Assembly (NCBI GenBank): GCA_963849325.1
Contig: CAWKHF010000010.1
Coordinates: 64,001-128,000, forward strand
DNA: 64,000 nucleotides
Source of the DNA: an uncultured Planctomycetota bacterium
Lineage (GTDB): Bacteria; Planctomycetota; Planctomycetia; Gemmatales; Gemmataceae
Direction: 5' to 3'
Below are positions 1 through 10,399 of the stretch, piece by piece. The notes under the pieces are model-generated. The model saw only the letters and a list, made by a program, of their open reading frames with translations, did not search any database and had not been told where the DNA came from. Every line of letters starts with the position of its first letter. Position 1 is the stretch's first letter. Both the position numbers and the translations under genes were made by a program.

Positions 1-32
1 TTCCTTCGAGGGGCACAGACAGATGAGGCTGG

Positions 33-1221
33 TTATCGAAGGGGCTGTCCGTCCACGAACACCTGGCAAACCTCCATCTCCTCGTTCAGCACGAGTAAAT
101 CCGCCCGTTTGCCGGCGGCGATGCTGCCGAGTTCGTGGTTCCAACCGGCGATCCGCGCCGGCGTCAGGCTGGCCATGCGAATCACTTCAACCAGCGGCGC
201 TCCCGTCAGATGCCGGAACGTCCGCACGCCATGATCCATGCCCATCACGCCGGACGCCAGCGCCTGGCCGTCCGGCATCACGCCGACGCCGTCGCGGCGC
301 AGGATCGGCTCGCCGCCGTCGGATGGGCCGAACAGATATTCGCCATCCGGCATGTCCAGGGCGCGATTGCAGTCCGTCACCAGGGCCAGGCGATCCGGCC
401 CCTTGATCTTGTAGGCCAAAAGCAGCAGCTCGCGCGTCAGGTGTTTGCCGTCGGCGATGACTTCGGTCGTTAGTGCGTCGAAGAAAAGCGTTGCTTCCAT
501 GAGTCCGCCGCGCATGGGATACGTCTGCGTTGGCCGCAGGCGGGCGCGGTCGGACATGGCGCAAAACAGGTGATCGACGTGCCGGACGCCCCAGCCGACC
601 GCCGCCTCCACCTGATCGAAGGTCGCATGGGAATGGCCGGCATTACAGCGGATGCCCCGCGCGGCAGGCGCGGACGAACGCCTCGGCGCCGGGCAATTCC
701 GGAGCGACGGTCGCCGTGGCGATGCAGTCGGCGTAATCGAGGAACGGCAGATAATCGGCCGGTTCCGGCGGACGCACGGCCGCGCCGGGGTGACAGCCGC
801 GCGCCTCCGGAGCGAAATAAGGTCCGTAGAAATGAGCGCCGAGGATGGCGGCGCCGCCGGTGCCCTCCGTCTTCAGTTGCCGGCACACGTCGAGAAAGGT
901 CCGGTGCTGCTCGTGCCGAGCCACGGTCGTCGTCGGCAGCAAACTCGTGGTACCGTGACGAGCGTGCGCGCGACAGACCGTGCGGAAGGCGTCGTCCGTG
1001 CCGTCCATGAAGTCGGCGCCGGCGCCACCGTGGACGTGCAGATCCACAAAGCCGGGAGATAGGTAGCCGCCTTGCAGATCGATGACCTCCGCACCCGAGG
1101 GGGCCGGCACGGAGGCGGCGTCAACCGCAGTGATGCGCGAATCCTCCACGGTCACTGAACCGCCTACAAGCAGATGGTCGGCGAGAAGGATAGTGCCGGC
1201 CGTGAAGTGCCGAATGGACAT
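33..1221 (-). CDS. nagA: N-acetylglucosamine-6-phosphate deacetylase (frameshifted near 640-655)
   Basis: Motifs PGFVDLHVHG, HGTTSLLPT, HVDHLFCAM, IADGKH, ASLTPARIAG and GKRADL are spread over ORFs 643..1221 and 33..611. Confidence 0.88.
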
Positions 1222-1261
1222 GCGCGGTGATCGCTACAGGAACTCCTTGACTACGCCCCAA

Positions 1262-1693
1262 TCAAATTCCATATCGCCTAACGGATCGATGGGGCAAATC
1301 ATCCACCTCTTTCCGATCGAGCAGCCAGGCTTTCACCAACGCGAACGCCTGTTCCATGTTGTCAAAAGCGCCCGCCTCGGTCCAAGCTCCATGGAAAGCA
1401 CTGGCAGACTCCTTCAGTTTACTTGGCAACACGGAGATGGCCCCCTGCATGTTGTAATGCAGAGTTCCCAGCGGTTCCTGGGCAGGGCCCGTCCCAGGTA
1501 AGGAATCCTTTCGCCACACATCGATCCATCTGCGGTCCTTTTGAAACGTGAAATCCCTTCGGAACGGCTCCAGATCGATTCCTTGCTGTTGGGCAAAGGA
1601 AACGAGTTCTTGTGCGGTTGCTCGAAAACTGTCCAGAGGGTCCATTCGTCGTGCCCTTTCCGCTCGCTCAGAAAACACGGTGCTGCTACTCAA
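1262..1693 (-). CDS. Hypothetical protein, candidate immunity/antitoxin partner of the upstream kinase-like ORF
   Basis: 143-aa ORF, visibly lower GC than flanks; TTG start overlaps the upstream stop by 8 bp. Confidence 0.55.
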   Translation of the reverse strand: MSSSTVFSERAERARRMDPLDSFRATAQELVSFAQQQGIDLEPFRRDFTFQKDRRWIDVWRKDSLPGTGPAQEPLGTLHYNMQGAISVLPSKLKESASAFHGAWTEAGAFDNMEQAFALVKAWLLDRKEVDDLPHRSVRRYGI

Positions 1694-2111
1694 GTAATAT
1701 CCATCGGAGCGTAGGATTGTCTACCGTAGTGCCCCACATCAAATTACCTCCAGCATCGGGGATTTGGGGAAGGAAGTCTTGAAGCACCTTGGCTTTTTCG
1801 GCCAAATCTTCCGGCACATCCGTAGGCAGCACTTTCTCTTTGACAAGGAAGCCCTGTCGGAGATCAGCAGGGGTCTGAGCCTTGACCACGTTATCCGGAC
1901 GAATGGCCCGTGCTTTTGCCAGATTGGCGAACTCGTTTCCCGCTTGGAGCGGAGATGTGCCGCCTGGGTGGAACTCCTTCACCACCCAACCGGGCTGATC
2001 GAGGTTTTCGTAGACGACGCCCTCCGCACCCCGTCCCAGTTCTCTCCCCATCCGAGGTTTTCCCGTTTGGGGATCGGGAATAGGGCCCATGCCCGACGGA
2101 TTCGGCGCCAA
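1686..2111 (-). CDS. Minimal protein-kinase-like protein (possible orphan toxin domain)
   Basis: LGRGAEGVVY Gly-loop, VVKEF Lys, NEFANL helix-C Glu, DAGGNLM catalytic-loop-like segment; only 141 aa. Confidence 0.6.
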   Translation of the reverse strand: MAPNPSGMGPIPDPQTGKPRMGRELGRGAEGVVYENLDQPGWVVKEFHPGGTSPLQAGNEFANLAKARAIRPDNVVKAQTPADLRQGFLVKEKVLPTDVPEDLAEKAKVLQDFLPQIPDAGGNLMWGTTVDNPTLRWILLE

Positions 2112-2160
2112 GACCTACGTCTCCGCGGAAAAGATCGCTAAGCCGCAAGCGGCGCTGGAA

Positions 2161-4675
2161 TCAATGCCGGAACAGAAACTCCTTGGCATTGAGCAGAGCC
2201 CAGTGAATGTCCTCCCACGCCTTGCGCTTGTCCGCCGCCCGCGCCACGTGCTCCAGCGCGACCTTGACATCGTTGGACGTTGGCGGACGCGATAGCGTGG
2301 ATAAGTACAGTTCGTTGAGGATCTCCCGTTCCGACGTTTTGGCGCTCAGCAATCGCCCGATGCGATTGTTGGGGTTGCGCAGCTTCTCGTTGACCGTTGG
2401 GCCGTTGATGAGCTGCAGCGCCTGGGCGAGATTGCTGTCGCTCTCGCGCTCGCACTCACACGCCAGCTCGCGAGCCGGCTGGCCGAACGTCTTGAGGAAC
2501 GGGTGATTGGCGTCGCCGTCGGGCAGTTGCACCGCATGAGTACCCAGCGGCAGGCCGGTGAACTTCTCCGGCACCTCCGTCACGACGCACAGGGCGTCGA
2601 GCAACTGCTCCGCCGTCAAGAGCTTCGTTACGGCGTGCGAGAAATACTTGCTGTCGTCCTTGTTGAACTCATTGCCCTGGGCGCTGAGCTGATACGTCCG
2701 CGAGTTCATGATGACGCGGATCAGGTGCTTGACGTCGAACTTGCTGGCGACGAAATCCTTTGCCAGTGCGTCGAGCAGCTCGTCGTTGGCCGACGGGTTC
2801 GAGTCGCGGAAATCGTCCACCGGATCGACGACGCCCTTGCCGTTAAGGTGATACCAGATCCGGTTCGCGACCGACTTGGCGAAGAAAGGGTTGTCGCCGC
2901 TGGCGAGCCAGTCGGCAAGGACTTGCCGGCGGTCCTTGCCGGGCGGAATGACCGGCACGGCCCCGCCCATGAACTTCGGCTTCATCACCTGGCCGGTACG
3001 AGGCTGCGTCACCTCGCCGGAGCGGCTGTCGTAGACGATCTCGGCGCCCGACTGCTGCGGTGTCGGTGCCCGGCTCCCGCGCGTCCTTCTTCTGGCGGAC
3101 GCGAGCGAAGAACGCGGCCGTGCTGTAGTAGTCGTCCTGCGTCCAGCGCTCGAAGGGGTGATTGTGGCACTTGGCGCACTGCATGCGGATGCCGAAGAAC
3201 AGTTGCACCGTCGTCTCGGCGAGGTTCTGCGGGTTCGCGGGCAATGCGGTAGTAGTTGGCCGGCGGATTGGCGAAGGTGCTGCCGCTGGCCGTCAACAAC
3301 TCGCGCACCACCGCGTCGAAGCCGGTGTTCTTGACGAGATGGTCGCGCAGCCAGTGCTGGAAGACGTGCGTCCCCTTGACCTGGATCGCCTTACGGCTGC
3401 TGCGGAACACATCGGACCATTTCAGCGTCCAGAAGTCCGCGTATTCCGGCCGTTCGAGAAGAGTGTCGATCAGCCTGTGCTCGCTTGTTCGAGGCGTTGT
3501 CGGCGAGGAACGCGCGTACTTCCTTCGGCGACGGCAGCAGGCCGCACAGATCGAGGTAGACGCGGCGAATGAACTCCTGGTCGGTGCACACGTCGGAGGG
3601 CGGGATACTGAGCATCTTCAGCTTGGCGAAGACGAGCTTATCGACGTAGTTGTTCTCCGGCGGGTTGGGCCAGACGAAGCCCGGACGCGGTTCGAGATAG
3701 GTCAGCCGGACGGTTTGCAGTTCCATGAGGATAGCGGCACAGGATGGCGACCTCGCCGGCCTGTTTGAACTCGACGAGGCCGGTACTGTTGACGTCGGCG
3801 ACGGCGGAATCGCTGCTGCTGAAGACGGTCAGGCGCGTAACGTCGCGGACGCTGCCGTCGGCGAAGTGCCCCATCACGGTCAACTGCTGCCACCGCGCCG
3901 GCGCCGACCTGGACGCGCGAACCGGGCAGGACTTCGATGCTCTGGAGTACCGGCAGCGTCGGCCGGGTCGTCGCGCAGCCCCTCGGCCAGCCAGTCGTGC
4001 ATGGCGCGTCCGGGAACGCTGCCGGGAAGGTAGCGCTGCGCCGCCCTCGTGCGGCACCCGGCCGAGGGCCTTCTGCAAGATCAGGCTGGCGTCCGGCTCC
4101 TGGCGATCCGTGCGACGGCCGAGCACGTCGCGGGTCAGCTGGATGTAATCGGCGGCCGGGTCGAAACCCCGCAGGCTGAGCTTGAAGCCGTTCTTGCCGG
4201 AAGGCGTTCCATGACAGGCGCCGGCGTTGCAACCGCCGACGTTGAGAGCGGCGATGACCTCGTTGCGGAAGCTCGTCGCGTGCGGCTTGTCGAGAGCCTG
4301 GACCGTCACCGGCACACGCACGTTCTGGCCGCCGGCCTTCACGACGAGGGCCGTGCTGCCATTCTTTTTCGGCGTTACGAAGCCGGTCTCATCGACCGTG
4401 GCGATGGCCGGCGCCTCGCTCGCCAGTTCGCATACGCCGGTCAGGTCGCGGAGGGTTCCGCCGGCGTAACGGCCGGTGACGACGAGCTGCTGATGGGCAT
4501 GTCCGCCGGTGAGTACGATGGACTGCGGCTGGACCTGCAGCGCGGTGGGCTGGCCGATGACGGCAGCCTTGCCGGCGGCGTCGGCGGGCGTGCCGGCCGA
4601 TGCGGGCAGGACGGACAAACAGGCGAAGAAACCGGCGAGGAACGGGCGGAGGAAACGCGGCAACGAACCGTTCAT
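2161..4675 (-). CDS. DUF1549/DUF1553 (PSCyt2/PSD1) protein with Ig-like domains, multiply frameshifted
   Basis: Signal peptide, GCNAGACHG, FIRRVYLDLCG, CAKCHNHPFERW, NPFFAKSVANRIW, CECER and KEFLFRH across several ORFs. Confidence 0.85.
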
Positions 4676-4871
4676 GGGATGTCGCCCTCTTGCGGATTCG
4701 AGTACTTCCAGTCGGTAGGGTGAACCGGCGGGCCTGGCGGTGAGCTTCTTGGTTCAGTCTACTCACTCGAACCCGGCAAAGCGACTCTATTTTGCCGGAA
4801 TTCAACGATCGTCGCTTCTCGTCGCCTGGTTTGGCCAGAGAAGTCTTGAATGTTCCCTTTCGCACGATGCC

Positions 4872-4960
4872 ATTTTGAACCACGGATAACACGGATGGCA
4901 CGGATAAAGACAACCAGAATGTTTCTCTTGTTTTTGTCCGTGTTATCCGTGGTTCAAAGT
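4872..4960. repeat. Intergenic hairpin built from 9-mer tandem repeats (CACGGATAA-like)
   Basis: TTTGAACCACGGATAACACGGA ... TCCGTGTTATCCGTGGTTCAAA. Confidence 0.8.
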
Positions 4961-5126
4961 GCATTTTGTTCGTGGCTCTTATCCCTCCTGGCCTTCTACC
5001 GCGCCTGGTTGAAGGCGGCGTTCAGTAATGGCTCCCACGAGGACGGCAAGGATCGTCAATCCTTCATCCTGTCGGACCTCCCTACGGTGCTTCGCTACCA
5101 ACTCAAGAGAGCGACACGGCCCCTCC

Positions 5127-6857
5127 TCACAGGGCACTTGCCTGATGGAGCCTGTCCGCAAAGCGGTCGATCAGTGTCTCACGCACGAGCTTGTCCACTT
5201 GGCCGAGCTGCGCGATGGCCAGGAAGCCGTAGTGGATCGTTTTTATGCCGTTGTTCCACAACCCCGGTCGGATTTGCGTCCGCGTCACGACTTGCACGGT
5301 ACGGAAAATCAAATCCCCGCTGTCCGCGACCAGCCAGGAACCGCTACGTCTCATGCCGGAGACTTCGAGAGGCGAGTAGCTCTCGCGCGTCGGGCCAAAC
5401 AGGCTCTCCTTGTAGACCAGCGCGCGGCGATTGGTGAGCACGTAGCAGGTACGCCGGGCCAACTTCCAACGCACCAGCGTCACCGCCGACACGCCCACGG
5501 ACACGAAGAACAGGCCAATCGGAAGCAGGGGGTTGCCCCGTTTCGGCGTCGCCGGGGGAACTACCATCCGCTTGCCTGGCTGGAAGCGCGGCGGCGCGAC
5601 CTTGGGCGGCGGCATCAGCGTGACGGCCAGCCAGAGCAACGCGATCAGAACCCCGACACCGCCCACCGCCAGGTAGCCGCTGCCGCGGACGAGGACCAGC
5701 TTGGGAAGCGGCTGGCCGATCCAGACCGGCATCTCCTTCGGCTCCAATCCCGCCAGTGCCTTGTCCTGGAGGTCCGCCGGGATCGAGCCGTCTGCCCGGC
5801 AGGAGATCGGAGCGTCGGCACCGGCATCGGCCTGACGCGGAGCCATCGGGACGGCGGCCGCGCAGCGGGGACAATGGACCAACTTCCCGGGCAGCGCGGG
5901 CGGCGCCTCGATGGTCGCGCCACAAACACAGACTACCGAGGCCGCCTGGGCCGGCCGCTGTCGATCGTCGCGGTTGGACGCGGCGGGTTGCGGCGTGTCC
6001 AGCGCTTGCTCGAGCGGCAGCAGCAACCTCGTGCGGATGAGGTCTTCCACTTCGCGCACCTGGTCGAGGCACATGAATCCGCGCGGGACTCGCTGGGGCG
6101 AGTTGGACAGGCCGCCGATCGAGTTTTGCTGGAGGAAGGAGCCGGTATTCAGATTGAGGGTATTTCCGGGGAGAACGAATTCGTATCCCAAGATCAAATC
6201 GCCCGCGCCGGGGACGGTGGCATGGCCCCGGCGCTCCAGGCCGAGTAGCTGCTGCGGGAGGTAGCTGCGGGCCACAGGCGCCCGTTGCCACACCGACGGC
6301 TCGACGAGCAGCGCGCGGCGGTTGGTGACGACATAGCAATATCGGCAGGATTTCGCCGGGTTGACCAGCAAGGGGAGCAGGAAAACCAGTCCGATCACCC
6401 CCAGGGCGCCGGCGAATACGTAGCCAAACAGCTGTCCGCCACCCTGTTTCGCCGGCTGCCCGCCTGCCGACGAGACCAGCATGAACCCGACGAGGATGAC
6501 GGAGAGGAGGATCAATCCCCCGCCCATCACCGGCAGCATCGGATTGCGCGGATGGACCTGAGGATTGCGCGACGGCCGACCCAGCCAGAGCATTTTTTCA
6601 TCGCCGGTCAGCTCCTTCTCGACAGCCAGGCGGAAGGAGTCCGGGATCTCCAACTCCGCGAACGTTTGCGCGGTCGGCGGCCGCAGGTTCGAGGGCGCAA
6701 CGGCGTCTACGGGGGGGACGCGGACGACGGCGCTGTTCGGTTCGCCCTGGCCGGGCAGCTGTTCGCGGCTCGCGGAGCACGACAGGTTAGCTCCTTCCGT
6801 GGAGCCACCTGCTTCGGTCGGACGACCACCCACGGACGAGAGGGTGTTTGCATTCAT
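5127..6857 (-). CDS. Membrane protein with two TM-hairpin/bacterial PH-like repeats and a central Zn ribbon
   Basis: Two repeats of E..(L/V)W.G.P...TM-TM...YV(V/L)TNRRAL...GDLI; linker CVCG...CPRC. Confidence 0.7.
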   Translation of the reverse strand: MNANTLSSVGGRPTEAGGSTEGANLSCSASREQLPGQGEPNSAVVRVPPVDAVAPSNLRPPTAQTFAELEIPDSFRLAVEKELTGDEKMLWLGRPSRNPQVHPRNPMLPVMGGGLILLSVILVGFMLVSSAGGQPAKQGGGQLFGYVFAGALGVIGLVFLLPLLVNPAKSCRYCYVVTNRRALLVEPSVWQRAPVARSYLPQQLLGLERRGHATVPGAGDLILGYEFVLPGNTLNLNTGSFLQQNSIGGLSNSPQRVPRGFMCLDQVREVEDLIRTRLLLPLEQALDTPQPAASNRDDRQRPAQAASVVCVCGATIEAPPALPGKLVHCPRCAAAVPMAPRQADAGADAPISCRADGSIPADLQDKALAGLEPKEMPVWIGQPLPKLVLVRGSGYLAVGGVGVLIALLWLAVTLMPPPKVAPPRFQPGKRMVVPPATPKRGNPLLPIGLFFVSVGVSAVTLVRWKLARRTCYVLTNRRALVYKESLFGPTRESYSPLEVSGMRRSGSWLVADSGDLIFRTVQVVTRTQIRPGLWNNGIKTIHYGFLAIAQLGQVDKLVRETLIDRFADRLHQASAL

Positions 6858-7077
6858 GGCGACTCCCCATTATCCCAAAGTACCGGTTCACGGAGCCGCG
6901 AAAGTATAGGCCGTGAATAAGAAGATCGCAAACATTGCGAAAAGGGGAGGCGCTGGAGAAACATCCGAACGGGACGCCACGGATTTCGGCGGAACCACAA
7001 CCGATGGAATAAGGGTAAGCTCCATCGAGCTTTGCAACGCATTGACCTATTTTCATGTCAATGCGTTGCAGCTTAAC

Positions 7078-8363
7078 CTAATGCGTTGCAGGCGGCGCAA
7101 AGCGAAGAATCGCCCGCTCGCCGTCGTGCCGCTCCTCTGGCTCCTCATCCTTCCAGAATCCGGGCACGATGCCAAGGGTTTCCTGCTCCATAATCAGGCA
7201 ACTCAGGTTGTGGCAGATGATCTTGCACAGCACCTCGTTCACCATCGCTATCTCGTTCTTGCTGGCCACGCTCGTCGCCGAACTTCCGCTTGATTGCCGA
7301 GAAGGTCGATTCGACGTTAGAGCGCTTGTGGTAGTGGGTCATGTACTCTTCCTGCCGCATCTGGAAGTAGTGATAGGCTTTCTCGAAAGCGCCACCGATC
7401 GCGCCTGTGCTGTTGGACTTGAAGGCGATGAACGCCTGAGCGCCGCACTTCAGCTACTTCCTCAAAGTTCTCCACGGAGAGGTAAGCCTTGTCCGCAGAG
7501 ACTTCGCCGATCTCGAAATGAGTCTTCGTCTCCTTCACGAGCGGAACGAATTGCGGGCAGTCGTGTGCATCCTTGTCCAGAATGCGGACGGCGGTAACGA
7601 CGTTCGTTTTCACGCCAGAGGCAATGTGCGTCTTCACCCAAATGCCGCGCGTCGCGGGTGATGCCGTACTTCTGATCGTACCATCGTTCATAAACGCAAG
7701 TGCTGAATCCGCTACTGTCGATGGCGAAGTCTCGCTCAACAGAGCGGAGCGGTCGGGCGCTGTAGCCGATGAGTTCCTTGAGGATCGGCGTGTAGTACGG
7801 GTCTGTCAAAAAGGCCGTCGCCTTTATGCCGGGTATCGGTCTGCTGATGAATCCCTTTTCGTAAGCCTCAAGCAAGTCCGTGGAGAAACGCCGGGCGCTG
7901 TAACCGCAGTACACCTTGTAGGCCATCGTGAAAATCGCATCAGAGACCGCGTGCGGCTTCTGGCCGGTCGTGCTTGCCGGGCGTCCCGCTCCGGCACAAG
8001 GCGGCAGAGGTCGTGCAAAAGGACGCGCAGACGACACTTCTCCGTAGCCTGCGCCATGTTGTACGCTGGCCAGTCCTGCTTGTAAGTCTTCCGCTCCGTC
8101 AGCGTAATCGTCTTCGTCTCAATCACGGTTCCGTCCGGCAGCACGTCCCGCTTGTGGACGATTGAAGCGGCGTAGTAGTGCTTGCAGGTGTTGCCGCCGT
8201 CCGTGTGGTCCAAGCAGGTGCAGGTCTTCGCTTCCAGGTTGACGCGGTACGTCGCGTTACCGCTTTTGTTCGATTGACTCGGAACGAGCCAAGTGCCATC
8301 GTTCAGACGGTTCAGGCGACAGGTCGCCGCGATGATGAGGCCGCGTTCTTCTCTGGCGTCCAT
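7078..8363 (-). CDS. DDE transposase (IS4/IS5-like, DDE_Tnp_1) with N-terminal SWIM zinc finger; about 4 frameshifts
   Basis: SWIM motif CTC..(8)..CKH; FAIDSSG, VSADKAY and YHKRSNVESTFSAIK (Y-2-R-3-E-6-K); ICHNL. Confidence 0.85.
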
Positions 8364-8368
8364 ATCAG

Positions 8369-8456
8369 TTGCCCCTTGACTACCAATCTATACTAATAGT
8401 ATAGATTGGTAGTTATTGACAATCAAGGGCAAGAGGATATATTTTTAGTATATCCT
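8369..8456. promoter_or_regulatory. Divergent promoter/operator region with perfect palindromes
   Basis: ACTACCAATCTATACTA-A-TAGTATAGATTGGTAGT (8379-8413); AGGATATA-N7-TATATCCT (8434-8456); TTGACA at 8416; AT-rich. Confidence 0.65.
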
Positions 8457-8472
8457 TTAAGGGAGTTGACTA

Positions 8473-8645
8473 ATGGACGAGAAAAAAATCGGCATGGTGC
8501 AACTACTCGGTTGTCGCTGCCGCTGTGGTCACGAGTGGTTGCCGCGCAAAGCAGAGAAGCCGCGCGTCTGTCCGAAGTGCAAGAGCAGAACTGGGATCGA
8601 CCTCGCAAGTTCGTGGGCAAGGCCAAAAAGAACGGGCAGAAATAG
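8473..8645 (+). CDS. Small Zn-ribbon protein (likely DNA-binding), one frameshift
   Basis: CRCGHEWLPR...PRVCPKCKS then, in a shifted frame, NWDRPRK; GGGAG RBS upstream. Confidence 0.7.
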
Positions 8646-8833
8646 GACGCGGATTCGGTCTGGCTCATGAACGCTTGACACGTCGATATGTCTTTTGGTT
8701 CATCCGTCGCTGAATCGTCGAGCATAGCAGCTAAGTAGCGAGTGCTACAGCGACGAATAGCACAGAACAATACTCGACGATTCTTGTTGAATATAACCTA
8801 TTAAAAACCATGAACTAATGACAGGACTCGACG

Positions 8834-10399
8834 ATGCCACAGTTAGAATTCGACTGGAATCCTGAGCCGCAAAGCCGGCTAGAACTGCTCACCGTCGAGG
8901 ACATCTTTGAACAAGCTGACCAGCAATTGCTTGAGGCTCTCAGAGAAGACCGGAGGTTAGAAAGGAAGCCTCCAGGCTACTCAGGTGAACCCCTAGGCGA
9001 GTACCTCTCCATGTGGGCCAACACCGCGCCCGATGGAGGGTTGATCTGCTTGGGAATGGAGGATGATGGTACACTGACGGGGTGCCATTCTCTCAGCCAG
9101 ATTCAACTGAATAGATTAGAGGCACTGCAAGACCTGTGCCCAGATGCCCGATGCGAGACGAAGCGCATTGGCATTAGCACGCCAGACGGAACCGCGAGTT
9201 ATGTGGTGCTTGTCCGCGTGCGTTACCAAAAAGAGCGAGTTGCCAAGACACCGCAGGGCAAAGCATTTATCCGGCGCGCTGATCGCAAACACAAACTTTC
9301 GGCAGAAGAAGTCAGGGAGCTTTCGGTTGATAAAGGCGAAGTGCAATTCGAGCAAGAGCCGTGCAAGCAGATCGTATATCCGCAAGATTACGACCATGAT
9401 GCGATTCGATCATTTGCGGCTAGTCTCCGGGAACGCCTAGAATTAGTCACTCAGATTTCTGACGAAGAGGTTCTTGCTGTAAGGCACTTGGGGACTGTTG
9501 GCACGGACGGTAAATTCCTCCCTAACATTGCTTGCGCTTTACTCTTCGCAAATGAGCCGGACAAGGTGGTTCCTGGATGTAAAATTAGGTTTCTGCGGTT
9601 CGACGGAGAAACGGAAGGTACGGGTGATAGGTTCAATGCAGTCAAAGATATTTGGATCGAAGGTCTGAGTGTCCCACGATTGATCCACAAGGCCGAACAG
9701 ATTCTTGACGCACATATCAGGACGTTTGCACCGCTTGAAAAGGACAAGAAGTTTCGTGCCTCTCCAGAGTATCCAAAGGCTGCATGGTATGAGGCCATAG
9801 TGAACGCTTGCGTTCACAGGTCGTATGGGAATGGGCTGCGGAATATGACCATTTATGTGAAGATGTTCGACGACAGACTGGTAATAGAAAGTCCTGGTCC
9901 TTTCTTGCCCTTCGTGACTCCCAAGAATATCTACGGAACATCTAACCCGCGCAATCCGAAGTTGATGGGAGCTATGTACTTCATGAATTTCGTAAAAATG
10001 GCCGCAGAGGGAACAAGACGAATGCGAGATACGATGAAAGCAGCAAACCTTCCCGAACCTGAGTTCGCGCAGAAAGAGGAAATAAGTTATTCGCGGGTTC
10101 GCGTTACCTTGCGAAACAATATCCGCCAGCGGCGAGTGTGGGTTGACCTTGATGCGGTAGCGATAGTCGGAGCTGCCCTTGCAAGTAGTTTGGACGAAAA
10201 GGAGAAACGAATCATCAACTACACTGCTGAACACGGAAAAATTAATGTAACGGACGCAGCTCGAATTGCCGAAGTCGGCTGGGCAACAGCCAAGCGGATT
10301 CTTGAACGATTGGTGAAGCGAAGTATCCTTGAACATCACCACAGCGCGAATATCGAGCGCGATAGCAAGGCATTCTACAAGCTACCAGCGGTCAAGTAA
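8834..10399 (+). CDS. Schlafen/AlbA_2 domain + HATPase_c_4 (RecG-C-like) + C-terminal wHTH protein
   Basis: EDRRLERK; SMWANTAPDGGLICLGMEDDG; EAIVNACVHRSY; DRLVIESPG; PRNPKL; C-terminal INVTDAARIAEVGWATAKRILERLV. Confidence 0.85.
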   Translation: MPQLEFDWNPEPQSRLELLTVEDIFEQADQQLLEALREDRRLERKPPGYSGEPLGEYLSMWANTAPDGGLICLGMEDDGTLTGCHSLSQIQLNRLEALQDLCPDARCETKRIGISTPDGTASYVVLVRVRYQKERVAKTPQGKAFIRRADRKHKLSAEEVRELSVDKGEVQFEQEPCKQIVYPQDYDHDAIRSFAASLRERLELVTQISDEEVLAVRHLGTVGTDGKFLPNIACALLFANEPDKVVPGCKIRFLRFDGETEGTGDRFNAVKDIWIEGLSVPRLIHKAEQILDAHIRTFAPLEKDKKFRASPEYPKAAWYEAIVNACVHRSYGNGLRNMTIYVKMFDDRLVIESPGPFLPFVTPKNIYGTSNPRNPKLMGAMYFMNFVKMAAEGTRRMRDTMKAANLPEPEFAQKEEISYSRVRVTLRNNIRQRRVWVDLDAVAIVGAALASSLDEKEKRIINYTAEHGKINVTDAARIAEVGWATAKRILERLVKRSILEHHHSANIERDSKAFYKLPAVK

